From contig JADJFV010000035.1 of the NCBI GenBank assembly GCA_016708435.1, forward strand, positions 128,001 through 192,000: a DNA stretch of 64,000 bases, read 5' to 3'. The translations under genes were made by a program, and so were the position numbers. Below are positions 9,916 through 20,697 of this stretch, piece after piece. The notes beneath the pieces were generated by a model, which searched no databases, had not been told where the DNA came from, and saw only the letters and a list, made by a program, of their open reading frames with translations. Source of the DNA: Leptospiraceae bacterium. GTDB taxonomy: Bacteria; Spirochaetota; Leptospiria; Leptospirales; Leptospiraceae. Each line of letters starts with the position of its first letter. Positions within the stretch are counted from its first letter, which is position 1.

Positions 9916-10776
9916 TCACAACCTATTTATAATCTCCGCTACTTCTTTCGGCTTCTCTAAGTGAATGGCATGTCTTGTGTGTTCGAGTAATATGAGTTTG
10001 CTACCACGGATATAGGACTTTAAAGTTCTCATGGCTTCGGGAGTTGTGATTAAGTCTTGTTTGCCGGAGATGATCCAAGTAGGGATTTTGATTTTACGGG
10101 CTTCGGAACCAAAGAAGATTTCATTTTCGCGCTCGATTGTGTTTTCGGCTAAGAACTTGTATTCTCTACTGTTCCATGCATGGACTAATGTCTTACGAAT
10201 GAGTTTAGATGGCATGGGAGTTTCTTTGTAATATAAATGCTGTAAGAGTCGCCCGACTTCTTCGTGATCAGCAGGAAATAACACAGCGCGCATTTTATCT
10301 CTTTCAGGATGAGGAATTCCTCCAGAAGAAAGTAATACCAGTTTTTGAATTCGTTTTATCTTACTGTCTTTTATCGCGATATGTTGCGAAATCAGCCCTC
10401 CCATGGAATGACCGCATAATATGATGTTATCCAGTGAAAGTATTTGAAATAATTTGTAGATCATATCCGAAAAAATATCTACTTGATAAAGATACTGAAT
10501 TTGTGGAAGCTTGCTTTTTCCAAATCCAGGTATGTCGATTATATTGAGTTTATATTTTTTATCTAGAAAAGGAATTATTTTTCTAAATCCGAAGGCTGAA
10601 TCTAAAAGTCCATGAATGAGAACAAGCGGCTGACCGTCATTTGGCGATACAAAGTAACTAATGTTATGCCCACCTATGTCCGCATAACATTGTTTTAACC
10701 CTAAGTCTTTTGTTAATACTTTGTAACGGGTGTAAGAAAAATATTTGTATATAAGATTGTATAAAATTTGATTCAT
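9916..10776 (-). CDS. Alpha/beta-fold hydrolase
   Basis: 'LVLIHGLLDS' oxyanion region and the 'GHSMGG' nucleophile elbow; 286 aa. Confidence 0.75.
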   Translation of the reverse strand: MNQILYNLIYKYFSYTRYKVLTKDLGLKQCYADIGGHNISYFVSPNDGQPLVLIHGLLDSAFGFRKIIPFLDKKYKLNIIDIPGFGKSKLPQIQYLYQVDIFSDMIYKLFQILSLDNIILCGHSMGGLISQHIAIKDSKIKRIQKLVLLSSGGIPHPERDKMRAVLFPADHEEVGRLLQHLYYKETPMPSKLIRKTLVHAWNSREYKFLAENTIERENEIFFGSEARKIKIPTWIISGKQDLITTPEAMRTLKSYIRGSKLILLEHTRHAIHLEKPKEVAEIINRL

Positions 10777-10823
10777 ATTTATTTTTAATTTTTCGTATAG
10801 TTTGGTGAGGCTGAAGCCTCAGT

Positions 10824-12035
10824 CTAAGATGCAACGCCTTTTATTAAATACATATCAATTTCGCCTTTGTTTTTTGCGGATACTTTGCCGCGATACTCGC
10901 ATAGAAACAAGTCTTTTACAAGTTCGTAGGTTGACGAGGAAATATTTATTTCTCCAACGATGCCAGATGATTCCATTCTGCTTGCAGTGTTGACTGTATC
11001 CCCCCAAATATCGTAGGCGATTTTTTCGTGACCAATTACTCCTGCCACTACACTTCCTGTATGAATTCCAATTCTTAATTCAAAGAATGGTTTTCCTTCT
11101 AATTCTTTTTTAGCACGAAGAAATTGCATATATTCTTTAAATTCTAAAGCGCATAATACTGTATCAACCGCATTTGTTTTGTTTGCTACTGGAATTCCTC
11201 CTGCCGCCATGTATGCATCTCCTATTGTCTTAATTTTTTCTACATTGTGTTTTTTTACAATGGAATCAAACACAGAAAAAATATGATCTAACTCGGATAC
11301 TAGTTCTTCAGGATTCATCTTCTCTGCAATTTTTGTAAATCCTGCCATGTCAGTAAATAACACAGACACAGTTTCATATTTGACAGGGACAACTATATTA
11401 TTTCGTTTTAACTCAATTGCAATCTTCTCAGGGAGGATACTTAAGAGTAGCTTGTCAGATTTTTTTCTTTCTAAGTCTAGATTTCTGGATAAAATAAAAA
11501 TTAAAAAGCCAGTGAATAATTGCACAAATGCATAGTTAAACGATGCGTCTAAGTATCTATCTTGATTAGTTTGAAACATAGTAATATACTGCGGGTAATA
11601 ATATTCTACCCCAAAAAGAGAAAGAGTCAAAATGGCATAGAATCCATAAACGAAGATAATATTATTATTTCGCAAAAGGATCGTTGCGATTACGAGCGCC
11701 GGAATGAGATAATAGTGAGAACCCCCATGCGAGCCACCATTCGTAACCCAATTTACAGAAAGAAAACTTACAATCGTTAAGTTAAGAGGCCAGTATAAAA
11801 CATAATAAATGTTTTTTACGCGAGCTAGATAATATAGAATTAGAAATAGAATGCCAGTTCCAAAATTTAAAACAAATAAAATTAAGAAATTAGGCAAATA
11901 AAAAGTTCCAAAAGAGCCGATTATGTTTAGAATTCCATTTGCAAGGGTAATGGAATTGAAAAGTCTATGTTCTAGAGAATTTATTTTGAAGTCTCCAATC
12001 AGTAGAACTAAGAGAGAAATTAATTTTTCTTTCAT
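10824..12035 (-). CDS. Membrane-anchored class III adenylate/guanylate cyclase
   Basis: N-terminal about 6 TM helices. C-terminal cyclase homology domain with 'FTDMAGFT', 'KTIGDAYMAAGG' and 'GIHTGSVVAGVIG'. Confidence 0.8.
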   Translation of the reverse strand: MKEKLISLLVLLIGDFKINSLEHRLFNSITLANGILNIIGSFGTFYLPNFLILFVLNFGTGILFLILYYLARVKNIYYVLYWPLNLTIVSFLSVNWVTNGGSHGGSHYYLIPALVIATILLRNNNIIFVYGFYAILTLSLFGVEYYYPQYITMFQTNQDRYLDASFNYAFVQLFTGFLIFILSRNLDLERKKSDKLLLSILPEKIAIELKRNNIVVPVKYETVSVLFTDMAGFTKIAEKMNPEELVSELDHIFSVFDSIVKKHNVEKIKTIGDAYMAAGGIPVANKTNAVDTVLCALEFKEYMQFLRAKKELEGKPFFELRIGIHTGSVVAGVIGHEKIAYDIWGDTVNTASRMESSGIVGEINISSSTYELVKDLFLCEYRGKVSAKNKGEIDMYLIKGVAS

Positions 12036-12168
12036 AACGAATTCATTTTCTCTATAAATACTTAACTACAAGTATTTTTCATAGGGTTTCACAAAAAAGA
12101 GCGGAAAACTTTTTTATAACTGGTAATCCTTTCAGGGTAATTGTAAATTAGATAACTAAAGGTAGGTT

Positions 12169-12570
12169 ATGAAAGATAAAATTACAATTATTCTTCGCAT
12201 TTTGACAGCGCTTATATTTCTTCAGACTTTGTATTTCAAATTTTCGGCAAGCCCTGAATCAGTTTATATTTTTTCTAAATTAGGCTTGGAACCGTATGGT
12301 AGAATTGCTTCTGGAATAGCGGAATTAGTCACTGCTGTCTTACTCTTATTACCCGCTACTTTTATACTTGGCGCTTTCATTTCTATTCTGATTATTTCGG
12401 GTGCAATTCTGAGTCATTTGACTTTACTTGGGATTGTAGTAATGGACGATGGTGGGTTGCTGTTTATTTTAGCGATTTCCATTTTTATTTTTTCTATTTT
12501 AATTTTATTCTTAAAGAAAGAAGGCGTAGTCCAAGTATTAAACCAGTTGGGTTTAAAAAAAGGAGTTTAA
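12169..12570 (+). CDS. DoxX-family membrane protein
   Basis: 133 aa with 4 TM helices and a DoxX-like N-terminus (RILTALIFLQTLYFKF). Confidence 0.6.
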   Translation: MKDKITIILRILTALIFLQTLYFKFSASPESVYIFSKLGLEPYGRIASGIAELVTAVLLLLPATFILGAFISILIISGAILSHLTLLGIVVMDDGGLLFILAISIFIFSILILFLKKEGVVQVLNQLGLKKGV

Positions 12571-12576
12571 TAGTCT

Positions 12577-13080
12577 ATGTTAAATCAAAAAATACTTTCA
12601 TTCTTAAGTTTCATAATGTTTTTTTTAATGCTGATTGCCAATTGTGCGAAAACAATAGAAAGTGAACCAACGAAAAAACATAAATTTGAAATTACAAAGA
12701 CTGATCATGAATGGAGAAAAATTCTTCCATCAGAGGCATACACAGTGTTACGCGAAAAAGGAACAGAGCGTCCGTTTTCTAGTGATATGCATTCTAACAA
12801 AGAAAAGGGTCAATATATTTGTGCTGCTTGCGGCAATCAGCTATTTACCTCTAAAGCAAAGTTTGACTCGGGCACAGGCTGGCCTAGTTTTTATGAGCCT
12901 ATCGACAAACAAAAAGTAGGCGAAGAAACCGACAGAAGTTGGGGAATGACTCGCACGGAAGTATTTTGCAATCGTTGCGGTGGTCATTTAGGACATGTAT
13001 TCAATGATGGACCACCACCTACCGGACTCAGGTATTGCATGAATGCCGTGTCACTGAAATTTATCAAGAGTGAAAAGTAA
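12577..13080 (+). CDS. msrB: Peptide-methionine (R)-S-oxide reductase MsrB, lipoprotein/secreted form
   Basis: The SelR domain has both CxxC zinc pairs (CAACGNQ ... CNRCGGH), 'GWPSF' and the catalytic 'RYCMNA'. N-terminal signal with lipobox 'IANC'. Confidence 0.9.
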   Translation: MLNQKILSFLSFIMFFLMLIANCAKTIESEPTKKHKFEITKTDHEWRKILPSEAYTVLREKGTERPFSSDMHSNKEKGQYICAACGNQLFTSKAKFDSGTGWPSFYEPIDKQKVGEETDRSWGMTRTEVFCNRCGGHLGHVFNDGPPPTGLRYCMNAVSLKFIKSEK

Positions 13081-13088
13081 TAGATTCA

Positions 13089-13589
13089 ATGCAAATAGAA
13101 ATTCAAAATTATTCCAATTTGATTCATCAATTAATTAATCATCTGAACCAAGTTCCAGAAAAGGGCTATTCGCAGAAGTTATCCATCTTAGGCGGTTCCA
13201 CCATTGGTGAGCATGTGCGGCATATATATAATTTCCCCGAATGCTTATTATTGGGAATTAAAACTGGAATTGTGAATTATGATAAGAGAAAGCGAGATAT
13301 ACAAATAGAAACGAATAGAGAGTATGCTGTAAAATTATTATTGGGGCAACTGAATGGATTTGCGGATTATGATAATAAACCTCTTATTTTAGAAACTGGC
13401 AACGACGCAACACTATCCTCTATGGACACTAACGTCAAGAGAGAACTTCATTATATCACAGAGCATACCATTCATCATATTGCAATTATTAGAATTGGAT
13501 TTAGTGTAAATTTCCCAGAAATGGACTTAGATAAAACTTTTGGATTTGCTTATTCTACGATACATTTTAAAGGACAGGTTTTTGAATAA
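13089..13589 (+). CDS. DinB/YfiT-like putative metal-dependent hydrolase (DinB_2 superfamily)
   Basis: The spacing of His motifs ('GEHVRH' ... 'EHTIHH') is typical of the DinB four-helix-bundle family. Confidence 0.5.
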   Translation: MQIEIQNYSNLIHQLINHLNQVPEKGYSQKLSILGGSTIGEHVRHIYNFPECLLLGIKTGIVNYDKRKRDIQIETNREYAVKLLLGQLNGFADYDNKPLILETGNDATLSSMDTNVKRELHYITEHTIHHIAIIRIGFSVNFPEMDLDKTFGFAYSTIHFKGQVFE

Positions 13590-13666
13590 AAAATAGTGCT
13601 TTCATAACATCTTTTGCATCGCTTAGGTATAATGAATAATGGCCTCTATTAGAAATTTTCATGGAT

Positions 13667-13897
13667 TTATTTCTTGAGTTTACTCTCTATTTTGCGCCGA
13701 AAGAATTCCCAGTCGTAGGAGATTTGCAACTGTTTCAATTCATTTTCTGCACCATATATTAGAAATTCTAAAACTTCTTGTTTGTTCATGCCTGTGGTTT
13801 GAGATACATCTGAGATGACACTATCCATTCTTCTCGAATCGCGATCATTTAAAATGAGATGGCTAGATATTTGGGATTCAAAAAGAGTAAGTTCCAC
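13667..13897 (-). CDS. Hypothetical small protein, translationally coupled to the upstream PilZ gene
   Basis: 76 aa ORF; its start overlaps the PilZ stop. Confidence 0.3.
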   Translation of the reverse strand: MELTLFESQISSHLILNDRDSRRMDSVISDVSQTTGMNKQEVLEFLIYGAENELKQLQISYDWEFFRRKIESKLKK

Positions 13898-14256
13898 TAG
13901 GCTTTTACCTTTCCTTGTGTAGTAATGCTTTCTGGTAAACCAATTTCATTTTGGAATTCGATACCCAAATAAAGCATATCCTGATCTCTGAATTCTTTAT
14001 GTAAATACCATACCATTTTTCCATTGACGCTCGTTACTTTTTGAAACTCTCCCTGTTCGTTTTTTTCTAAAAATTCAAACGAATAAGGTTTTTCTCTTTG
14101 TAAAAAAATCTCTTTGCTAAGAATGATGCAGGCTCCACTTACAGATATATCGTTTAAGATGCAATCTGCATGTCTTCCTGGATAAACTTCTATTTTTACG
14201 GAATAATGGTCTTTATTCTCTATATAAAACCGATTGTTTCTACGAATTTGTGCCAT
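13897..14256 (-). CDS. PilZ-domain protein (putative c-di-GMP receptor)
   Basis: N-terminal 'RRNNRF' (RxxxR) and 'NDISVSGACI' ((D/N)xSxxG), the two signature c-di-GMP-binding motifs of PilZ. Confidence 0.6.
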   Translation of the reverse strand: MAQIRRNNRFYIENKDHYSVKIEVYPGRHADCILNDISVSGACIILSKEIFLQREKPYSFEFLEKNEQGEFQKVTSVNGKMVWYLHKEFRDQDMLYLGIEFQNEIGLPESITTQGKVKA

Positions 14257-14440
14257 GCTACCTCTCGAACTGTAAGTCTAACACTATCTCCACAAATTTG
14301 CAAGACTTTGTGTGAATTATTGGAAAAAAGGAAAGCAGTTTTTGCAATAAAAGGGAAAAAAATCGCTATCTTTTACTTATGTCGCATGTTACTTTTTATA
14401 AAAAAAAATAACACAAAAAGTAACCCTTTTTTTAAATGGC

Positions 14441-15325
14441 TTGAGAGCCTTAATATTTTTAGGAAAGGAATTAGCATTGTCAAACTGGAATTTTTTAAAA
14501 CAGACTATCGAGAAGGATGATTTTATCATCGATTGCAGAAATCAATCTGCCTATGAAGAGAGCACTATCAAGGGTGCTTATTATTTCCCTTTCATTAAAA
14601 AGGCATTTGGTTCAGATACCGAATCGCAAAAAAAAATGTATACTCCTTTAAAAGCGATTCTTGGTTTAATCAATGATTCCAATAAATCGAGGGTCATTGT
14701 TTTTGATGAGGGCATGGGAATGTTCTCCGCTAGAATGGTTTACCTTCTGCGAGCAATTGGATTTAAAGAAGCTTATATATTAGCATTGAAATGGCCTTTT
14801 GATGGAGAGACAGAGAAGGGCAAATTGCTAGTAGACGTTGAACCGACTGAAAAAGCAAAGCCGTTAGCGGGCGTAGTAGATAAGGCGTTCATGGAAAAGA
14901 ATCTAACTCGCTTGCAAATCTTTGACACTAGAACAAAAGAAGAATACGATGGAAAGCTTCCGCGCCTTACTAGCCCTGAACCAGGAACGTTATCCGGCAG
15001 ACTGCCCGGAGCCTTTCTTTGGGACTGGCAGACATTTTATGATCAAGAAGGGTTTGTCATTACCCGTGAACTTTTTATTAAACGGCTACAGGGCTTTCCT
15101 TTTATGCCGGAGAGAACAACTGTCTTGTATGATTACAATGGCGCAAGATCGTGCTTATGCGCTCTCATGCTTAAAGAAGTTGGATACCAAGATGTTTTAA
15201 CTTATCAGGGTTCTTGGTTTGAATGGAGAAAATCAAATCTACCAAAGCAAGCTGTTTCTCTTTACGGAACAAGTGCTGCTACGACAGCTGCTCCAAGAGT
15301 TGGCGGAATTGACAGGAAGAAATAA
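14441..15325 (+). CDS. Tandem-rhodanese sulfurtransferase (thiosulfate / 3-mercaptopyruvate sulfurtransferase-like)
   Basis: Two rhodanese-like halves. The second carries the active-site cysteine loop 'NGARSCLCA'. 294 aa. Confidence 0.7.
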   Translation: MRALIFLGKELALSNWNFLKQTIEKDDFIIDCRNQSAYEESTIKGAYYFPFIKKAFGSDTESQKKMYTPLKAILGLINDSNKSRVIVFDEGMGMFSARMVYLLRAIGFKEAYILALKWPFDGETEKGKLLVDVEPTEKAKPLAGVVDKAFMEKNLTRLQIFDTRTKEEYDGKLPRLTSPEPGTLSGRLPGAFLWDWQTFYDQEGFVITRELFIKRLQGFPFMPERTTVLYDYNGARSCLCALMLKEVGYQDVLTYQGSWFEWRKSNLPKQAVSLYGTSAATTAAPRVGGIDRKK

Positions 15326-15349
15326 TAATTACAAAACTAGGAGTTTATT

Positions 15350-17725
15350 ATGATTAAAAAAATAATATTAGGTATTCTCATATCCATTTACCTAAATTGT
15401 TCGGGAACTCAGAACATAGGTGTTCGTGTTCTTGAAAATGTATCAACCAAAGGGGAATTAGGATCTGAAGTTCAATACAAAATAGATAATAAAACATTGC
15501 ATATATTCAATGGAAAATTATCATTCGTAGAATTTCCTTTAGATAGATCTTTTTTGACCATAGCAAAAGGTTCTCCGAGCGTTAAATACAATTTAGCCGC
15601 ATTTAAGTTTAAAGATGAGTATACGATGAGATGTGCAAATCAATCGATTGATAAAATCGAAAAGATTCAAGATGGAATTAAAATTTCTGGAATACTACAC
15701 GGACAAGATTGCTTTATTAAATACTTTATTGACTTAACTGCCGAAAACAAACAAAGCCTAAATTTTTCAGTTCATCTTGCTGATAAAACATTCAATCGTA
15801 TTAATTTAGTTTATAGATCTGTAAAAGAAGAACAGTTTTTTGGATTTGGAGAACAATACACTCATTTTAATATGAAAGGAAAAAAGCCTTTTATATTTAC
15901 AGAAGAGCAAGGAATAGGAAGAGGAGATCAACCGATTACCTTTGGTGCTAACCTCACGCAAGGAGCCGGTGGAAATGAATATACAAGTTATGCTCCAATG
16001 CCTCATTACATAACAACGAATAACCGCTCGGTTTATTTTGAAAATAGCGCATACTCCAAATTTAACTTTGAACATGATGAATATGTAAAAGTATTATTCT
16101 GGGACAATAATTTAAAAGGCACTATTTGGGTATCGGATAAACCACTTGAACTAATTGAGATGTATACCGCAAAGACAGGACGTTATCAAGGTCTTCCTGA
16201 TTGGGCTTATGGAACATGGTTAGGTTTACAAGGCGGAACTGATAAAGTTAAAAAAGTTATTAAAGAAGCTAAGCTTGCGGGTAATCCCGTTACTGCGCTT
16301 TGGATTCAGGATTGGGTTGGTAGACGTGTAACAGGATTTGGAGACCAATTAAAATGGAGATGGTATGCACAAGAAAATTCCGAATTTAAAGACTCCGATG
16401 GAAATCCAGAACCAGCGTATCCTGAATTCAAAAATTTCACAGCCGAGATGAATAAGGATGGAGTAAAAGTTTTAGGTTATATTAATTCGTTTCTTGCGGA
16501 GACGAACGCTCCTACAAGTCCTAAGCAACCAATTAAAGAGCCGAACAGTTGCGGTTACAAGCGATTTATCCCATTCAATGACTGTAAGCCAGAGAGAGAG
16601 CCTGATTCATTTGCGAACCCAATGCTAGAAGAAGCAAAAGCAAAAGGATACCTTGTTAAAAATCAATCCGGCGAAGACTATATGATTGAGACGGTGGGCT
16701 TTCCTGCTTACTTAATTGACTTAACAAATCCAGAAGCTGTAAAATGGACAAAAGATATTATCAAAAAAAATATGATAGAACAAGGTCTTTCCGGTTGGAT
16801 GGCCGACTTTGGTGAGTGGCTTCCATTCGACGCAAAACTTCACAGCGGAGTTTCTGCAGAGCTATATCATAATATCTATCCAGTAGATTGGGCAAGAATC
16901 AATCGGGAAGCAATTCAGGAAGCAGGTAAAGAAGGTGAAATCATTTTCTTCACACGCGCGGGTTATACTGGGTCTAATCGTTATTCGACTGCATTTTGGT
17001 TAGGCGATCAAATGGTTAGCTTTGGAGTTAACGACGGATTAGCCTCTACAATCGTTGGACTAAATTCAAGCGGGATAAGTGGAATCGCTATTAACCACAG
17101 CGACATCGGCGGTTATACTGGTCTGAAAAATCCACCTTTTTATTTTCCAAATTACGATAGAACAGAAGAGTTAAATAGACGTTGGTCAGAAATGAATGCG
17201 TTTACTCCGATTTACCGCACACATGAAGGAAATGTTCCTGGACGTTTTAATCAAGTATATTCAAGCACATACAACAAAAAAACGGACAAAGACGGTAGAC
17301 CAATTTTATATCCAGAAAATAATTCAGATATAAACAGTGTAAATGCATTTGCTCGTTTTGGAAAAATTCATTATGCGCTAAAGGATTATTTTTCTCATCT
17401 CGTAGGAGAAGCAAAAGAAAAAGGATATCCTGTCATTCGTCACCCTTACTTAAATTATCCATCTGACCCTAACACTTACAATTTAAAATACCAGTTCATG
17501 GTTGGTGAGGATATTCTCGTTTTGCCGGTATACACAAAAGGCGATACAGAGGTTACTGGGTATTTTCCAAAAGGAAAATGGAAACATGCATTCACTGGAA
17601 AAACTATAATCGGTGGACATACATTTAAAGTCCCCGCACCGTTAGGTGAACCAGCAGTCTATGTAAAAGAAGGTGGTGCCTGGTCTGATAGAATTTTTAA
17701 TAGTATTCAGACGGCTCTCAAGTAA
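15350..17725 (+). CDS. Glycoside hydrolase family 31 lipoprotein (alpha-glucosidase/xylosidase-like; substrate unknown)
   Basis: Lipobox 'YLNC'. GH31 catalytic region 'WIQDWVG' ... 'WMADFGEW' (nucleophile Asp) ... 'RAGYTGSNRY'. 791 aa. Confidence 0.8.
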   Translation: MIKKIILGILISIYLNCSGTQNIGVRVLENVSTKGELGSEVQYKIDNKTLHIFNGKLSFVEFPLDRSFLTIAKGSPSVKYNLAAFKFKDEYTMRCANQSIDKIEKIQDGIKISGILHGQDCFIKYFIDLTAENKQSLNFSVHLADKTFNRINLVYRSVKEEQFFGFGEQYTHFNMKGKKPFIFTEEQGIGRGDQPITFGANLTQGAGGNEYTSYAPMPHYITTNNRSVYFENSAYSKFNFEHDEYVKVLFWDNNLKGTIWVSDKPLELIEMYTAKTGRYQGLPDWAYGTWLGLQGGTDKVKKVIKEAKLAGNPVTALWIQDWVGRRVTGFGDQLKWRWYAQENSEFKDSDGNPEPAYPEFKNFTAEMNKDGVKVLGYINSFLAETNAPTSPKQPIKEPNSCGYKRFIPFNDCKPEREPDSFANPMLEEAKAKGYLVKNQSGEDYMIETVGFPAYLIDLTNPEAVKWTKDIIKKNMIEQGLSGWMADFGEWLPFDAKLHSGVSAELYHNIYPVDWARINREAIQEAGKEGEIIFFTRAGYTGSNRYSTAFWLGDQMVSFGVNDGLASTIVGLNSSGISGIAINHSDIGGYTGLKNPPFYFPNYDRTEELNRRWSEMNAFTPIYRTHEGNVPGRFNQVYSSTYNKKTDKDGRPILYPENNSDINSVNAFARFGKIHYALKDYFSHLVGEAKEKGYPVIRHPYLNYPSDPNTYNLKYQFMVGEDILVLPVYTKGDTEVTGYFPKGKWKHAFTGKTIIGGHTFKVPAPLGEPAVYVKEGGAWSDRIFNSIQTALK

Positions 17726-17730
17726 AAAAA

Positions 17731-17766
17731 TAAAAAAGTGCTCTGTGTTTTTTTCTCACAGAGCAC
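17731..17766 (-). terminator. Hairpin terminator between convergent genes (GTGCTCTGTG-loop-CACAGAGCAC, A-run on the plus side)
   Basis: 10-bp perfect stem with a T-rich loop. The A9 run on the plus strand equals a U-run after the stem for the minus-strand gene. Confidence 0.5.
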
Positions 17767-17796
17767 GCAGAGAGAGTGATCAATACTCTCTATAGA

Positions 17797-19605
17797 TTAC
17801 TCCACTTTCTCCATTTCATATCCCGAATAGGTTAATATCTCTTTGCCGCTAACCTGTTTTACAGAAATTGTGTCACCTTTTCCTCTTCCGAGTCCGGCGA
17901 CAATTGCTTCTTTATCGCTCAATATTTGAAGAGCTAGTTTCTGTATTACGTCAACATTAGCCGCTGGAATTCCATTATTTTCAAAGATGAGAAATCCTTT
18001 TTCTATTTTTAATTCTGGATTTTTTATCATACCAGCATTGTCTTTGTCATCGTTTAGAATTTTATATTTACCGAGACGATTTTTCCATGATACTGAGATT
18101 GAATCTGCTGGCGTAATTTTACTTCCCCATAATACGATATTTCCTCCTACTTTAAGATAAAGCAATTTGTCTTTCTCGATGGTTTTAAATTTAAACTGTA
18201 ATGGCGGGTTAATCGTAAATAGCCCGAAAATTTTTAGTTTTGCATTTTGCCACAATCCTTCTTTGTCCGGTAATATAAACTTTATGCCAGTATCTAATTT
18301 TGCCGAAACATTATTGTCATCGACTTCTACTTTCATAAGAGCACCATTTTGATAAACTCCGGCGTAAGACGACATATCTGTATTTGCCTCTTCGGGCTTT
18401 TTATTTTCTGTTGGTTTTTTGTAACCTGTTTTTGTTTCCAAGGAAATTTGAAGAGCCTTGCTTGCAATATCATACACTACAGGAGCAGAAGTATTTGTAT
18501 TTGATAGCACTATTACTCCTAGCTTTTCTTTTGGAAGAATTCCAAGCATGGCATGATACAAAAAAGTATCTCCTCCATGCGATATGCTAAAAATATCATT
18601 TCCTAAATCAAATGTGTTTATAAAGAAACTTAGACCAATTTTAAAATCATCATCTAGTGCGTTACTCTGATTTTGTATCGTATAAATTTCTTTTAAGGTA
18701 GACTCTTTCAGATAGCTAACACCATTTATCCGCCCATCATTTATAAATAATTGAATCACTTTGGACAGATCATTGACGGATGAATTTAAAAATCCTGCGG
18801 GTAAGTCTCGTAAGCCAGCTTCCGCGACTTCTGATTTAAAGATTAATCCGCCGTATCCTTTGGCGAAAACGTTTTTCTTATCTAAATTTATTTCATAGAA
18901 AGAATGCTCCATGCCCAGTTGTTTAAATAATTTTTTATCTAATACATTTGCATAAGAATCACCGGATACTTTTTCAATGATTCGTCCTAGAATCGAATGT
19001 CCTAAATTCGAATAAGAAAAAATAAATTCAGGTGGGTAACTTACGTATTCCCCGGATATGTCATGAACTAATTTTTCTAAGGAATCAGTCTTTGAATAAG
19101 AAAAAAATCCTTTCATTCTATCAGATGGCAAACCGGAATGATGTGTTAGAATAGAACGAATTGTGATTGGTTTTGATTTTGGAAATCTAGAATTTAGTTT
19201 TAACTCAGGTAGGTATTGGCTAATATCCTTATCTAAATTTAGTTTTCCTTCTTCCACTAATTTCATTGTAATAACTAAATTAATAATCTTAGACACGGAT
19301 GCGGTTCTGAAGATTGTATCCGAATTGACTTCGATTTTATTTACCTTGTCAGAAAAACCAAATCCTTTTGCGAATAATATCTCTTTGTCGGTAACTACAC
19401 TTACTCCTAGTCCAACAACAGATGCTTCATTCATTTTTACGGGAATGTAATTGTTTAGGTATTCATTCAAATAAGAATAATCATTTTTGGGGATTGTATC
19501 CGGTTTTTGCGGTAGAGAATTGCAATTGAATAAAAATATATTCAGTATCAATACTACCGAATATATAAAATTTTGGAGCTTAGGTTTTAATTTTCTATCA
19601 TTCAT
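17797..19605 (-). CDS. Serine hydrolase of the beta-lactamase / PBP family (class C-like) with a C-terminal extension
   Basis: 'FRTASVSK' (S-x-x-K), 'YSN' and a KTG-like box; 602 aa with a signal peptide. Confidence 0.8.
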   Translation of the reverse strand: MNDRKLKPKLQNFIYSVVLILNIFLFNCNSLPQKPDTIPKNDYSYLNEYLNNYIPVKMNEASVVGLGVSVVTDKEILFAKGFGFSDKVNKIEVNSDTIFRTASVSKIINLVITMKLVEEGKLNLDKDISQYLPELKLNSRFPKSKPITIRSILTHHSGLPSDRMKGFFSYSKTDSLEKLVHDISGEYVSYPPEFIFSYSNLGHSILGRIIEKVSGDSYANVLDKKLFKQLGMEHSFYEINLDKKNVFAKGYGGLIFKSEVAEAGLRDLPAGFLNSSVNDLSKVIQLFINDGRINGVSYLKESTLKEIYTIQNQSNALDDDFKIGLSFFINTFDLGNDIFSISHGGDTFLYHAMLGILPKEKLGVIVLSNTNTSAPVVYDIASKALQISLETKTGYKKPTENKKPEEANTDMSSYAGVYQNGALMKVEVDDNNVSAKLDTGIKFILPDKEGLWQNAKLKIFGLFTINPPLQFKFKTIEKDKLLYLKVGGNIVLWGSKITPADSISVSWKNRLGKYKILNDDKDNAGMIKNPELKIEKGFLIFENNGIPAANVDVIQKLALQILSDKEAIVAGLGRGKGDTISVKQVSGKEILTYSGYEMEKVE

Positions 19606-19617
19606 AACATTACCTCT

Positions 19618-19645
19618 ATTTAGATAATTAGACAGTTATCTAAAT
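19618..19645. promoter_or_regulatory. 10-bp perfect inverted repeat (ATTTAGATAA-N8-TTATCTAAAT) between the divergent beta-lactamase-family and arsR genes
   Basis: Read from the sequence. An adjacent ATCTAAAT direct repeat follows. A candidate operator for the ArsR-type regulator. Confidence 0.3.
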
Positions 19646-19757
19646 ATCTAAATGGCGTCAATCTAAAAATAAATTACTTATAGTAGAAAAACTTTCTTTC
19701 AAAAAATAAAAAATCGTATACAAAAATAAATTCTTTAAGCCTTGTTATTTTAAACAG

Positions 19758-20033
19758 ATGGATATTGTATTTAAAGCTCTAAACGATAAAACTAGAAGAG
19801 AAATCCTAGAATTATTAAAGGAAAAAGATTTGACTGCTGGAGAAATTTCGGATCAGTTTAATATTTCAAAGCCTACTATTTCTCATCACTTAGATTTATT
19901 AAGGCAGGCAAATTTAGTAGTGAGCATTAAACAGGGACAGTATATTTATTATTCAATCAACAGCACAGAACTTGATGAATTGCTGAAATGGATTTTAAAG
20001 GTAAAAGACAAAGTCAAAGGAAAGAAAAAATGA
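19758..20033 (+). CDS. ArsR/SmtB-family transcriptional regulator (SdpR-like)
   Basis: wHTH 'ISKPTISHHLDLLRQANLV'. 91 aa. Its stop overlaps the start of the downstream SdpI-like gene (ATGA). Confidence 0.8.
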   Translation: MDIVFKALNDKTRREILELLKEKDLTAGEISDQFNISKPTISHHLDLLRQANLVVSIKQGQYIYYSINSTELDELLKWILKVKDKVKGKKK

Positions 20034-20679
20034 AGTCAATACTCAAGCGAGAAATTTCTTTTTGGATCCTTCTTCTATCGCAGTTTCTATTTTTGATTTA
20101 TGCTGGAGATAAAATTCCTTCTGAATTTCCTGTGCATTGGGACTTCAACGGAAATCCAGATTCCTATTCAAATAAATATACTCTTCCAATTTTAAACACA
20201 GTTATTTATCTTGCTCTTTTATTAATCCCGAAAGTGGATCCGAGAAAAGAAAACTATAAATTATTTTCAGATTCTTATTTTAAAATTCGATTTCTACTAA
20301 CGCTTGCATTTGTCTTAATTTTCTATGGAATCTGTCTTCGATACTTTGGATTTCAATTTTCCGAAGCCAAATTAATCTTTATCTTTGTTTTATCTATCTT
20401 TACAATCATCGGAAATTATATGCGTAGCTTTCGTCCCAATTGGTTTGTTGGAATCCGCACCCCTGGACTTTAGAAAATGAAACAGTTTGGAAAAAGACTC
20501 ATGAACTTGGCGGAAAACTTTTCTTCTACAATGGGCTAATAGGAATTATCCTATGCTTATTTTTAGATGGAAAAATTTTGTCTTTTATTGTTTTTACTTT
20601 AATCCTAACTGCGAGTCTAATACCGGTTATCTACTCCTACATTTACTATCGAAAGATAAATCCTAAATCAACCAAATAG
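20030..20679 (+). pseudogene. SdpI/YhfL-family membrane protein gene split by a 1-nt frameshift in a C-run
   Basis: The upstream ORF ends '...RPNWFVGIRTPGL*'. The next frame begins 'WTLENETVWKKTH...'. One extra C at 20455-20458 would give the SdpI signature 'GIRTPWTLEN'. Confidence 0.6.
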
Positions 20680-20697
20680 ACTCTATTCATATCCCTG

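Noticed and set aside
15350-17725. Calling the GH31 enzyme a sulfoquinovosidase (YihQ-like) on the basis of the 'KWRWY' and 'WMADFGE' strings
   Set aside because: I cannot align the R / W / Y sulfonate-binding triad positions with confidence from memory. It is left as generic GH31.
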